Source: an uncultured bacterium (GTDB lineage Bacteria; CAYUVA01). Taken from it: a stretch of DNA of 64,000 bases. Under the pieces are notes generated by a model, which searched no databases, was not told where the DNA came from, and saw nothing but the letters and a program-made list of their open reading frames with translations. Location of the stretch: contig CAYUVA010000017.1 in NCBI GenBank assembly GCA_964448115.1, positions 1 to 64,000 on the forward strand, given 5' to 3'. This document shows, piece by piece, positions 47,793 to 57,619 of this stretch (position 1 is its first letter; each line of letters starts with the position of its first letter). A program made the translations under genes and the position numbers.

Positions 47793-48536
47793 ATGAAGAA
47801 GATGCCTGTATTCAAAAGGGTGATGATCAAGCTAAGCGGAGAGGCTCTAGCTGGCGACAAGCAGTTCAGCATCGATCCCAACATGCTCTCCTACATAGCG
47901 GATGAGCTTATTAGCATCCACCAGCTTGATGTTCAGATCGGCGTTGTGGTCGGCGGGGGAAACATTTTCAGGGGTATTGGCTCTGAATCGCTGGGGCTGG
48001 AGCGCACGGTGGTCGATCAGATGGGAATGCTAGCCACGGTGATTAATGCCCTGGCGCTTCAGAATGCACTGGAGCAAAAAGGCTGTGCTACCAGGGTTCA
48101 GACCGCCATCGAGATGAGCAAGGTCGCCGAGCCTTTTATCAGGAGGAGAGCCATTCGGCACATGGAAAAACGGAGAATAGTCATCTTTGCCGCCGGCACC
48201 GGCAATCCTTATTTTACTACCGATTCGGCTGCTGCCCTGCGTGGTATCGAGATCGGAGCCGATGTGGTGCTGAAGGCGACCAAGGTCGATGGCGTCTATA
48301 CCTCGGACCCCGAATTCGACAAGGCTGCCACCCTTTTATCCGAAATAACTTATATGGATGTTCTGCGCCTGAACCTGAGGGTAATGGACATGACTTCGGT
48401 AACCCTGTGCCAGGAAAACAAGCTGCCGGTAATCGTTTTTAATATCTTCACCAAAGATAACCTGAAGAAAATCATACTCGGAGAGCACCTAGGCACCATC
48501 GTTCGCGAGGGAAATCAAACAGCTAACATGCAATAG
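47793..48536 (+). CDS. pyrH: Uridylate kinase
   Basis: KLSGEAL, VVGGGNIFRG, GMLATVIN, GNPYFTTD, KATKVDGVY. Confidence 0.97.
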   Translation: MKKMPVFKRVMIKLSGEALAGDKQFSIDPNMLSYIADELISIHQLDVQIGVVVGGGNIFRGIGSESLGLERTVVDQMGMLATVINALALQNALEQKGCATRVQTAIEMSKVAEPFIRRRAIRHMEKRRIVIFAAGTGNPYFTTDSAAALRGIEIGADVVLKATKVDGVYTSDPEFDKAATLLSEITYMDVLRLNLRVMDMTSVTLCQENKLPVIVFNIFTKDNLKKIILGEHLGTIVREGNQTANMQ

Positions 48537-48607
48537 GAACATATATAAAACCAGATTGTTTTCAACATAAAACGAACAAGAATTCCATAATCAGGAGGGA
48601 TTGATAG

Positions 48608-49165
48608 ATGCTTGAAGATGTCTATTCCATGGTCGAAGAGGAGATGAAAAAGACGCTTGATAAGATGAAAAAAGAGTTCGCCAAGATTCGCACCGGGCGG
48701 GCGTCGCCAGCGCTCCTCGACGGTGTGAAGGTGGTCTATTACGGCGTTCCCACCCCATTGAATCAGACCGCAACCATCTCGGTGCCAGAGCCGAACCTGA
48801 TCGTTATTCAGCCATGGGATCTATCCATCATCGCAGATATAGAGAAAGCTATCCAGAAGGCTAACCTTGATGTAACCCCGATGAATGACGGAAAGTTGAT
48901 CCGCATCCCCATACCACCGCTTACCGAGGAGACAAGAAAAGAGATAGTGAAAAATATAAAAAAACTCGCCGAGGACTACCGGGTATCAGTGCGCAATCAC
49001 CGCAGGGATGGGATCGAGATGGCTAAGGAGATGGAGAAGAACAAGGAGATCTCCGAGGACGACCTGTTCAGAGCCAAGGATAAGATCCAGGGCATTACAG
49101 ATGAGTATATCAAAAGCATCGATGAGCTGCTGGATAAGAAGATCGAAGAGATAATGAAAATATAG
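48608..49165 (+). CDS. frr: Ribosome recycling factor
   Basis: IRTGRASP, YYGVPTPLNQ, NDGKLIRIPIPPLTEETRK. Confidence 0.97.
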   Translation: MLEDVYSMVEEEMKKTLDKMKKEFAKIRTGRASPALLDGVKVVYYGVPTPLNQTATISVPEPNLIVIQPWDLSIIADIEKAIQKANLDVTPMNDGKLIRIPIPPLTEETRKEIVKNIKKLAEDYRVSVRNHRRDGIEMAKEMEKNKEISEDDLFRAKDKIQGITDEYIKSIDELLDKKIEEIMKI

Positions 49166-49193
49166 GAATTTTACTAATGATAAGGATATTGAG

Positions 49194-50021
49194 GTGAAGA
49201 TCGGCGCAAGATATATCACTGTAATTGTACTTTTTCCAATAGTAGCTTACCTGGTTTTCTGGGCATCATCTACCGCTTTCGACATCGTGATCACCCTGCT
49301 TATATTAGCAGCCACCAAGGAGCTGTACGAGATCCTCGCCATACGCGGCTTGAAGCCACTAAAGGTACAAGGTTATCTATATTCTATTGTCGGATGTTAC
49401 CTATTTCACAAGGGCAATATGGATGCCTTCTGGGTCTTAATTACCGTCATGGTTGCCACCCTGTTCATAGAGCGAATCTTTTGGCGTGAGGAGCTTCCGC
49501 GTGTCCCGGTCGATATCGCCTCGACTCTGATGGGCTTCTTTTATATCACCTGGTTCGGTGGTCATCTGATGCTGCTCAGGCAATACAGCGCAGATGTGAT
49601 CATTGGTAAGGGATTGATCGTGGTATTTCTAGTCATAATCTGGATGGGCGATACCGGCGCCATGCATGTCGGCAAGCGGCTAGGTAAGAACAAACTAGCA
49701 CCCATCTTGAGTCCCAACAAGACACAGGAGGGAGCACTGGGCGGGCTTTTATCCTCAATGGTTTTTGCAATTATATTCGGCTGGATAGCCTGCCCTTATA
49801 TTAAGGTGGCTGACCTGATGTTTCTCGGCTTGATAGTCGGCGCGGTGGGACAGATAGGAGACCTGGCTGAATCGATGCTCAAGCGAAGCGTTGCCATAAA
49901 GGACTCCGGGGCGATATTCCCTGGGCATGGCGGAGCCATGGATCGTATCGATTCTTTATTCTTCGCTGCTCCTGCATTTTATTACTATCTCAAGTTCTTT
50001 ATCGGACCGCTTAGCGTTTAG
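49194..50021 (+). CDS. cdsA: Phosphatidate cytidylyltransferase
   Basis: DTGA..G..LGK.KLAP.LSPNKTQEG, GDLAESMLKR..IKDSG.IFPGHGG.MDRIDS. Confidence 0.95.
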   Translation: MKIGARYITVIVLFPIVAYLVFWASSTAFDIVITLLILAATKELYEILAIRGLKPLKVQGYLYSIVGCYLFHKGNMDAFWVLITVMVATLFIERIFWREELPRVPVDIASTLMGFFYITWFGGHLMLLRQYSADVIIGKGLIVVFLVIIWMGDTGAMHVGKRLGKNKLAPILSPNKTQEGALGGLLSSMVFAIIFGWIACPYIKVADLMFLGLIVGAVGQIGDLAESMLKRSVAIKDSGAIFPGHGGAMDRIDSLFFAAPAFYYYLKFFIGPLSV

Positions 50022-50058
50022 CCAAGCAAATCAAGGGCATCTTAACCTTGAACTTTGA

Positions 50059-51648
50059 TTAGCTAACCACCTTTTTTCGTATATCAGCCGGGAAGGAGGT
50101 TACCGGTAACAAGACCTCGAAGGTAGAGCCTTTGCCAACCTTGGTCTTTACATTTATCTTTCCCCCGTGCTTGGCAACGATCCCTTGTGATACCGATAAT
50201 CCTAAGCCGGTACCCTTTTTCCTCTCCTTGGTGGTAAAAAATGGGTCGAATATGGAGCCGAGAATATGGTCGGGAATGCCGGAGCCGAAATCGGTTACCT
50301 TGACGCTAATGAACTTGGGATCATCAGATAATGAGACATCGATAAGGATCTTACCGTTCTTTTCGGTAACATCTAGGGCGTTGAGGATGAGGTTTAAAAA
50401 AACCTGGCAGAGCTGCTGTTTGTCTCCATAGATCCTCGGTAGCTCATCATCTACATTGAGCTCTATCCTAACGCCCTTGAGAGTTACTTGGTTCTTAGCC
50501 AGGTTCCAGGTTTCTCTTGTAACATCCGAGATATCTAGCGGCTCCATTTTGCTCTTGCTTTCTCTTGCGAAGTCGAGCAAGTTGCTTACTATTCTCTGCG
50601 AGCGGTCGCTTTCATTGATGATGTCTTTAATCATATCCTTTTTCTCTTCATCGGAGAGCTGATCATAATCCTCGTACATTAAATGCGCGGTCAGGGTGAT
50701 GTTATTTATTGGATTGTTAAGCTCATGGGCTACGCCGGCGGTAAGGGTGCCGACAGCTCTCATCTTGTGCGACTCAATAAGATAGTCCTGCCTTCGATCT
50801 AGCTCCTTGATCATCTGGTTGATGGCAATAGCAAGCTGTGAGAACTCGTCTCGATAGCGTCTTGCCGGCATGATCGGGGTGAAATCCCCGGCTGCTATCC
50901 GGTGAGTATAATTGAGGAACCGGTTGATTGGGTTGAGTATTCTTCTTCCCAGGAAATAGGTAATAAAGGCGATAAATAAAAATAGAAACAGGAACGAGAC
51001 AATATGTATTCGCCTTGATGTTGTGAGCATCCTTTCCAGTGCCGCCTTCTCCTTAGCCAACACCTCCTGTGCGATAGAGAGTATGAGGTGCCCGTATCGC
51101 CTGACCTCACCCTCAACTTCAGCTATAGATGCAGCGTACTCAGGTTTGTCCTTATTCGATTGCAGGGAAATAAGATCCTGCAACATTCTGTCATACCTGG
51201 CGAAATTGAGCACCATCTGGTCGTACTTGTCCCTGCCGATGACATTTATCCATTCCTCCCTGTTCTCTAGGAGCATCTTGTTAGCTATCCTTATGTTATC
51301 CATGGCATCATCAAGATTGGTGCCATACAAAAAGAAGTTCTTCTCGAATCGCCTTGCCTGCTGTACCTCGAAGAGGAACAGGTTGGAGGACTCCAAGAAT
51401 CTTATCTTAGACTCCATCTTATAGATATTGACCAGGTGTGCGGTGGCGATGCCTAGTATCACCACGAATGAGAAGATGAAGCTGAAGTATATCTGCATCC
51501 TGATGCTTAGCTTAGGTCGCTCCTTAAGCGCCTTGAATGCCATCTCTGCCATCTCAGCCTTGCTTTTAGGCGCCTTCCTGGCAGAGGGCTCTGCATTAGC
51601 CTTGTTAAGCGACCTAGAAATCTCAGGATTTTCTTCTGGTTTGGTCAT
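50059..51648 (-). CDS. HAMP-domain sensor histidine kinase
   Basis: Two TM helices, HAMP (DEFSQLAIAINQM), H-box AHELNNP, NLILNA, DFGSGI, FDPFFTTK, GTGLGL. Confidence 0.93.
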   Translation of the reverse strand: MTKPEENPEISRSLNKANAEPSARKAPKSKAEMAEMAFKALKERPKLSIRMQIYFSFIFSFVVILGIATAHLVNIYKMESKIRFLESSNLFLFEVQQARRFEKNFFLYGTNLDDAMDNIRIANKMLLENREEWINVIGRDKYDQMVLNFARYDRMLQDLISLQSNKDKPEYAASIAEVEGEVRRYGHLILSIAQEVLAKEKAALERMLTTSRRIHIVSFLFLFLFIAFITYFLGRRILNPINRFLNYTHRIAAGDFTPIMPARRYRDEFSQLAIAINQMIKELDRRQDYLIESHKMRAVGTLTAGVAHELNNPINNITLTAHLMYEDYDQLSDEEKKDMIKDIINESDRSQRIVSNLLDFARESKSKMEPLDISDVTRETWNLAKNQVTLKGVRIELNVDDELPRIYGDKQQLCQVFLNLILNALDVTEKNGKILIDVSLSDDPKFISVKVTDFGSGIPDHILGSIFDPFFTTKERKKGTGLGLSVSQGIVAKHGGKINVKTKVGKGSTFEVLLPVTSFPADIRKKVVS

Positions 51649-51678
51649 AACATAATTAGAAGGTAGAAGGATGCTCGA

Positions 51679-52050
51679 TCATTCTTGGCTAATCGCTTTG
51701 GCGACGATAGCTCGCAGCTCATCAGGTGTAAACGGCTTGGCTATGAAATCGAAAGCCCCCTTTTCCATCGCCTTTCTCGCTACCTCCATCATGGCGTAAC
51801 CGGTTATCATGATCACCCTTGAGCGCGGAGAGACCTTCTTGACATGCTCTAGGATCTGTATGCCATCGATATTCTCCATATAGATATCGGTAATTACTAT
51901 ATCGAATTCCTTCTCATCAAGCCGTTTCATCGCCTCTATTGGGCTTTCGAAGCTTTCCACTTTATAGCCGAACTTCTCCAGCGCCGGTTTGAGTCTTTTG
52001 CCCACGATAGGCTCATCATCCAAGACCAAAATCTCAACATCAGAAGCCAT
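51679..52050 (-). CDS. Single-domain response regulator
   Basis: LVLDDE, VITDIYM, MITGY, FIAKPF. Confidence 0.92.
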   Translation of the reverse strand: MASDVEILVLDDEPIVGKRLKPALEKFGYKVESFESPIEAMKRLDEKEFDIVITDIYMENIDGIQILEHVKKVSPRSRVIMITGYAMMEVARKAMEKGAFDFIAKPFTPDELRAIVAKAISQE

Positions 52051-52116
52051 TGCCCGTATCCCCCCTGATAGCTTATTATTGCTAAAGTTCCTACAATATA
52101 TTGAAGTTTTCTATGA

Positions 52117-52497
52117 TTACTTGCCTTTCAGCTCCTTGATCGCCCGGTTGACTATCTCCCTCAGATCCGAGGGTTTGAACGGCTTGGCGATACAGTCAAA
52201 TGCGCCCTTAGCCATAGCCTCCCTAGCCATCTCAATGGTTGCATAACCGGTGATCAGGATAACTTTTGTCTGCTTGGACCTGGACATGATCTCTTCCAAG
52301 ACCTGTATTCCATTCAAGCCGGGCATTCGTACATCGGTAACCACTATATCAAAGTGTTTCTCGTTGATCCGTTTTAAGGCAGAGCTTCCGTCCTCAAAGG
52401 TCTCCACCTCGAAGCCATCCTTTTCGAGAGCTTGTCTTAGCCTTTTCAGTACGATTGCCTCGTCGTCGATAATGATCAGTTTGAGTTGGTCGTCCAT
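52117..52497 (-). CDS. Single-domain response regulator (paralog of the neighbour)
   Basis: IIDDE, VVTDVRMPG, LITGY, IAKPF. Confidence 0.92.
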   Translation of the reverse strand: MDDQLKLIIIDDEAIVLKRLRQALEKDGFEVETFEDGSSALKRINEKHFDIVVTDVRMPGLNGIQVLEEIMSRSKQTKVILITGYATIEMAREAMAKGAFDCIAKPFKPSDLREIVNRAIKELKGK

Positions 52498-52530
52498 GTC
52501 ATGTTACTCCGCCATGATAAGTGAGTATAA

Positions 52531-53643
52531 TTATTTATGGGTCGCTGCCTCGCTCTTTATGGTCAAGGAGGACTGTATTCTCATCCTTTGACGATACGCC
52601 TTGAAGACATTGTACAAGATAAGCCCGGCTCCACTTAGACCAGCGGCGAATAGCATCAGCTTGCTGCCACCGTTGAAGTATTTATCCCAGCCGGCATCGT
52701 AAGATAGGTATCCCATCTCCCTTAAGTACATGGGAGTTGCTATCAGGCGGCTTAAAACGCACAGGAAAATCACTACACCAGTAACCAACCTGATGAAAAC
52801 CTCGCGCACCACCTTTGTACCATAGGCTCCAATGTGAATGCCAATAAGGGATCCCAGGTATAAAAGCATGGTCAAACGAAGGTCGATCAAGCCTTCCATT
52901 GCATAGTTGATGGCTCCCCAAGCCCCCATGAACATGGCAAGGTAAAGCTCGGTGCCAGCAGCCACCGCGGTCGGTACGCCGAATATATAGATCATCGAGG
53001 GCACACCGATGAAGCCACCCACACCAATAGTCCCTGCCAGGTAACCGGTCGCCAGACCACATATAGCGATTACCCAAAGGGAGACCTTCACATCTGCCAC
53101 CGGAAAGTAAATCATCGGGTATAGCTTCAATGAACCAAGATATTCAGCGATCTTTGTCGAAGGACCCCCCTCTTCGGTCGCCTCCCTTTTTCTAAGAGCA
53201 TCTCGCAGAATGGACAGCGAAACTATCGACAGGACAAAGATGAATATCATGCTGATATAAAGATCGGAGACCGCGCTGCCTCCTCCCTCACCATGACCAC
53301 CTACCTCTCCCTTGAAAAGGGTGCTGTTGATCCACACGGCTATCCTGATGCCGATAAAGGAGGTTATTAACATGAAAAATGCCAGCTTCCTGTCCACATG
53401 CCCCATCTTGCCGTGTGCCTTGGAGCCGACCATAGCCTTGCCAAACTTATGAGTTATATTACTAGCTACCGAGACAACTCCTGGCACTCCCAGGTTCATC
53501 ATTCCTGGTGTCATAAAAAAGGCACCACCGCTGCCAATGAAGCCGCTAAGCACTCCACCTATTAGCCCCAACAGTACAACCTGCAATGCATCGAGTAGAG
53601 TTATGTGAATGAACTGGTTGAATATTAGATCCTGCATGGACAT
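52531..53643 (-). CDS. TSUP / TauE-SafE family sulfite exporter-like permease
   Basis: GLIGGVLSGFIGSGGAF, GYLAGTIGVGGFIGVP..AVAAGT; internal duplication, all TM. Confidence 0.88.
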   Translation of the reverse strand: MSMQDLIFNQFIHITLLDALQVVLLGLIGGVLSGFIGSGGAFFMTPGMMNLGVPGVVSVASNITHKFGKAMVGSKAHGKMGHVDRKLAFFMLITSFIGIRIAVWINSTLFKGEVGGHGEGGGSAVSDLYISMIFIFVLSIVSLSILRDALRKREATEEGGPSTKIAEYLGSLKLYPMIYFPVADVKVSLWVIAICGLATGYLAGTIGVGGFIGVPSMIYIFGVPTAVAAGTELYLAMFMGAWGAINYAMEGLIDLRLTMLLYLGSLIGIHIGAYGTKVVREVFIRLVTGVVIFLCVLSRLIATPMYLREMGYLSYDAGWDKYFNGGSKLMLFAAGLSGAGLILYNVFKAYRQRMRIQSSLTIKSEAATHK

Positions 53644-53661
53644 TACCTCTTCTTTACTGTC

Positions 53662-55176
53662 TTATTCAATCTTTATCAGCTTCAAGAACAAGCTCGCTGT
53701 CTTGCCCCATAAATATGATATAAAAGGCACGAAACCGAGGATAAACAGCACCGAAAGTACTCGCATTCCACCCTCTAGTCTCGTCAGTTTCAGTACTGGT
53801 ATCTGATTGGAGAATACCAGGTAATAAATGACAGCAACAGCCACTAATTGGGAGATCAGGATAATCAACTGTTTCTTTCCAAAAAGGAACTGCTGTTTTA
53901 GTTCATTCGCCTGCACAACCGGAACCTTAAGCTGCTCCATGAGAAAGAAAACCAACTCATTGGTCAACCGTGTCCTGCTGGCATGACCCTTGGATAAAAA
54001 CACATCGCCAACCACCACCAGGCTATACTTGATCCCCTCTTGCATAGACTGCAAAAGCCCACGCGGTGAGCCTTTGACTATACGGGTTATACCAGCGTGT
54101 CCGGCTGATATCAGCTTGTTATAGGTCTCTACAAGTTGCTTATCCTCGGGTGCCGGTGTAGGTGTTTCAGGTTCGTCCTCGATACCTCCATTATATTGTC
54201 CTGATTCATCTGGAGTCTTTATGCCATTGGCGAAAGTGGAGAGCACTTCGGTTGTCTCTTGTCCAGGCACCAGCTTGGTCAGTTCCACGGCTGCGCCCCA
54301 TTTATCAGCAATCTTGATGATATCATTAAGCGTCTCAGACTGGGGATCGAATCTTTCCTGCACCCACAATATATTAGTTTGCGCCATAGTGCAGAGGATC
54401 TCCTTGACCCCATCCACCGTGCTGACCGCTTCGGTTATAGCTTCGACATACTGTGCCTGTTGTGGGGGGTAGGTTACCATCACCTTGCCGCCATCAGCTC
54501 GAACATTCACTTGTACAGCGTAGGTTATTGGATTATCGAAGACTGCAAGACGGCACCTGGCTGACAGATAAAGGTCTTCCATTGCTTTTTTCGAGGCTGG
54601 GGTGAACTGGAACTCAGGCAGTTCAACCATATTGCATAAGGCAATGGCGGCGTTTTCCACGGTCAGATGGTCGGTATTTACTATGATATCGTACTGGGAG
54701 TATTCATCCCAATCGACATTGTAGAATACACGAACCCATCTTTCCCTGTCCTCCTCGACCTGCTCGATATATTTTTTCGCTTTTGTCCGATCCAGCCCCA
54801 GTTTTTGCTCTACATAGTCAATGCGGCTATCCATATCAGCGACCACGCGAACTCGCATGATATTGCGAACACCTGGCAACAATAGATGCCCCGCCCTTCC
54901 ATGATAGATCAGATTCTGCTTGAAGGAATGTTCGCAGATAATCGCGGCAGCCAACGCCTTGTAGTGCTCCTTCTCAAGCGCAAAACGCTCCAGGAAGGTA
55001 TGAGGTTTGATCATCGCCATCTCCATCTTCCCCACAGGGATGCCGCGTTCGGTGGCCCGCTCCAGAAGCTCCTCTCTGCTCAAACAATAATAACCCAGCT
55101 TATTCGCAAGGCTCTCCGCAAGTTCTTTTCCCTTACTATAGCTCCCTCTGGATACGCATATCAGTCTCATCTTCAC
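53662..55176 (-). CDS. Cytidylate-kinase-like family protein with BON-like domain and C-terminal TM helices
   Basis: ICVSRGSYSKGKELAE..LGY, IYHGRAG, VRVVAD..RI, YDIIVNT; VNVRADGGKV..VDGVKEI (BON-like). Confidence 0.75.
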   Translation of the reverse strand: MKMRLICVSRGSYSKGKELAESLANKLGYYCLSREELLERATERGIPVGKMEMAMIKPHTFLERFALEKEHYKALAAAIICEHSFKQNLIYHGRAGHLLLPGVRNIMRVRVVADMDSRIDYVEQKLGLDRTKAKKYIEQVEEDRERWVRVFYNVDWDEYSQYDIIVNTDHLTVENAAIALCNMVELPEFQFTPASKKAMEDLYLSARCRLAVFDNPITYAVQVNVRADGGKVMVTYPPQQAQYVEAITEAVSTVDGVKEILCTMAQTNILWVQERFDPQSETLNDIIKIADKWGAAVELTKLVPGQETTEVLSTFANGIKTPDESGQYNGGIEDEPETPTPAPEDKQLVETYNKLISAGHAGITRIVKGSPRGLLQSMQEGIKYSLVVVGDVFLSKGHASRTRLTNELVFFLMEQLKVPVVQANELKQQFLFGKKQLIILISQLVAVAVIYYLVFSNQIPVLKLTRLEGGMRVLSVLFILGFVPFISYLWGKTASLFLKLIKIE

Positions 55177-55504
55177 TCGCTCCCTAATTGATTACTGATA
55201 CCGTTTTACAAAAAGAAATTAATTTTTTATCAAAAAGCATTCAACATCCATACCCACATCGGGCAATCTGATTATTACGAGTATCTTTTATCACAGTAAA
55301 AAATAGAAGACAACCTCGCATAAGGAATTCTTCGTGTTAGTCGATCATGTAGGTTACGGTTATTTTGCTCTCCTAGAACAATTCCAACATAAATTGTGCT
55401 ATCATTACTCACGGTCGGTCTTTTATTAACATAAAGTGAGTAATGAACCTTACGGTTCGATTCTCGATACCCTGTTCAGTATTACTCCTATGAACGGTTT
55501 TAAG

Positions 55505-56176
55505 ATGGACTCTAAAGGCAAAAAGTGCAGCCATCGCGGTTTTACCCTGCTAGAGCTTCTGGTTACGATCGCTATAGCTGGGCTTATCTTCAGTATCGTG
55601 TATGTAACTTTATTTCAGAGTATTAAGGTACAGCAGGATGTCATTGAAAGCCGGCGCAGCTATCGTCTCATACAGATGATATTGCACCAAGTTTTCTATG
55701 ATCTGCTCTGCGTTTACTCAGTTGAGCCTTATGAACAAATGCCGCTTATTGGCAGGTCGAATGTAATGGGAGACCGAAGGTATGATTCGATCGTTTTCAC
55801 TGCCGCAAACAATTATCCTGGCTACGGGCGTTTGCGAGGCTCAGACCTGGTGGAGACAGCCTACTACTGTCGTGAAAGCGAAACAGAGAACAAGGGTGAT
55901 GAAAGGGGAAAGGGGCTATTTGTTCTTTATAAACGCATCCAATCGCCACCTGCCGAGCCGTATGATTCCGGCGGTTATGCATTCGACTTTACTGATAAGA
56001 TACTTGAGTTTAAGCTAGAATATTTTGACGGAGAATCCTGGCGTGATGAATGGGACTCGGCTCTCATGCAGCGCCTGCCTAGACAGATCAAGGTTACAGT
56101 AACATTAGCCAACGAACAAGAGAATGAGATTCGTCTGTCAACTACTGTGGAACTACCTCTAACACACGATATATAG
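55505..56176 (+). CDS. gspJ: Type II secretion minor pseudopilin GspJ-like
   Basis: Prepilin cleavage site G|FTLLELLVTIAI; C-terminal YFDGESWRDEWDS..LPRQIKVTV; ORF track start is 55436. Confidence 0.8.
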   Translation: MDSKGKKCSHRGFTLLELLVTIAIAGLIFSIVYVTLFQSIKVQQDVIESRRSYRLIQMILHQVFYDLLCVYSVEPYEQMPLIGRSNVMGDRRYDSIVFTAANNYPGYGRLRGSDLVETAYYCRESETENKGDERGKGLFVLYKRIQSPPAEPYDSGGYAFDFTDKILEFKLEYFDGESWRDEWDSALMQRLPRQIKVTVTLANEQENEIRLSTTVELPLTHDI

Positions 56177-56214
56177 AGTAATAGAATAATGCTTTTCACT
56201 TTACAGATAAAAGA

Positions 56215-56448
56215 CCCTCACCCCAGCCCTCTCCCAGCAGAGTCTGTCTCAAAATGTCCAAGAAGTCCCATACCCTGTCATTCCGAGCGAGCGAGTCGAG
56301 GAATCCCCTCCCCCTATTTTCCCCCCAAGTTGGGGGAAAGAGATCCCTCGACTTGGTCCCTTTTTAAGAAAAAGCGGGACTCCGCTCGGGATGACACGGT
56401 GTGAGGGTTTTGAGGCAGACTCCTTTTGGGAGAGGGTTAGGGAGAGGG
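56215..56448. repeat. Outer C-rich/G-rich inverted repeat enclosing a MITE-like element
   Basis: CCCTCACCCCAGCCCTCTCCCA (56215-56236) vs TGGGAGAGGGTTAGGGAGAGGG (56427-56448): 19/22 complementary; shares CACCCCAGCCCTC with the intein array (19004-19016). Confidence 0.75.
56240..56422. mobile_element. 183-bp MITE-like element with IS-like 15-bp terminal inverted repeats carrying a TGTCA-tagged palindrome pair
   Basis: GAGTCTGTCTCAAAA ... TTTTGAGGCAGACTC (14/15 inverted match); inside are TGTCATTCCGAGCG..GAGGAATC (56276) and the inverted AGATCCCTCGAC..CGCTCGGGATGACA (to 56396). Confidence 0.75.
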
Positions 56449-56503
56449 CATTTTTAAGCAAACAACTTCAAAATACTTAAGTTAATAGCATTAGGCTTAA
56501 GGC

Positions 56504-57529
56504 ATGAAGGAAAAAGTAAGGATAAGGATAAGGACAAGGACAAGATTGAATAATCGACGGTCTAAAGGCTCTCAGGATAAGATAGGGACAATCCTCAAGC
56601 ATCTAAAAAAGCATAACGGGGTCGCAGTCTTACTGGTGCTTCTCATCGTAGCGGTGATGACCTCCATGGCGGTGCGTTTTGCATACCTGGTGCGCTCAGA
56701 TTTGAATATGGTGGAGAACCTTGGGTCATCGCAGCGGGCATATTATCTGGCAAAATCAGGCATCTATGCGGCAGCACGATATCTTCGCATGGACAATCCG
56801 CAAATAGATCACCTCGGCGAATACTGGGCTTCAGAGCCTCTAAACATCGCTTTCGACTACGGCGAGGCTTCGCTTAAGGTCATAGATGGCGAAAGGAAGC
56901 TGGGTGTAAACAAGGTGCTGAATAAAAACGATGTCATTGATGAATGGTATCAAGAGGCTTTGATGCGCGTCTTCGAGATGATCGGCTTGGAGCCGATGAG
57001 CGTCGATGTCATCCTCGATTGGATAGATAAGGATGATTATCCGCGTCCCTATGGCGCAGAGTCGGAGTACTACGGTAGCCTACCTCAGCCTTATGACCCG
57101 CGCAATGCACCGATGCTAACTGATATGGAGCTGCTGTTGCTCAAGGGGATAACGCCTGAAATATATTATCCCAGGGAGGAGCTTCCCTGTCTTTCGCAAC
57201 TTATCACCGTCAATTCAAGCGGTAGCATAAATATCAATACGGCTTCGGAGCTTGTCCTTAGATCCATGGATGAGGGGATTACCGAGTCGATTGCACAGAA
57301 TATCATCAATTATCGCGCTGAAAATCCCTTCCAGTCCCCCATTGATCTAAAGAAAGTTCCTGGTATCGATGACCGCATATATGGCAATCTGGTGGGAAGG
57401 ATCCGGGTCTTTAGCGAGTACTTCGAGATCCGATCCACCGGGATCGTCTCCGGGCTGGAGAGAACCATCAAGGCAGTGGTGCATCGCCAGGGGAACCAAG
57501 TGAAAATAATATACTTCAGGGTAATCTAG
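56504..57529 (+). CDS. gspK: Type II secretion minor pseudopilin GspK
   Basis: G|VAVLLVLL, QRAYYLAKSG, DHLGEYWA, ILDWIDKDD..GAESEYY, ININTAS, helix-hairpin-helix; true start may be downstream. Confidence 0.88.
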   Translation: MKEKVRIRIRTRTRLNNRRSKGSQDKIGTILKHLKKHNGVAVLLVLLIVAVMTSMAVRFAYLVRSDLNMVENLGSSQRAYYLAKSGIYAAARYLRMDNPQIDHLGEYWASEPLNIAFDYGEASLKVIDGERKLGVNKVLNKNDVIDEWYQEALMRVFEMIGLEPMSVDVILDWIDKDDYPRPYGAESEYYGSLPQPYDPRNAPMLTDMELLLLKGITPEIYYPREELPCLSQLITVNSSGSININTASELVLRSMDEGITESIAQNIINYRAENPFQSPIDLKKVPGIDDRIYGNLVGRIRVFSEYFEIRSTGIVSGLERTIKAVVHRQGNQVKIIYFRVI

Positions 57530-57540
57530 TTCAGCTCGTT

Positions 57541-57564
57541 AACTGTTGCGGCGTCGCAACAGCT
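57541..57564. repeat. 24-bp dispersed hairpin repeat (copy 2), possibly terminator-like
   Basis: AACTGTTGCGGCGTCGCAACAGCT, 21/24 identical to 2263-2286; lies 11 nt after the gspK stop. Confidence 0.55.
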
Positions 57565-57619
57565 AAATAAAAGATTTTTTTGATTGGATGATAAAAGGAC
57601 TATAATCTAAGAGATTAGA

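Noticed and set aside
56517-56545. Hexamer run (AAGGAT/AAGGAC) at the 5' end of gspK as a phase-variable tract
   Set aside because: Only about four imperfect units, the unit length is a multiple of three, and it may lie upstream of the true start.
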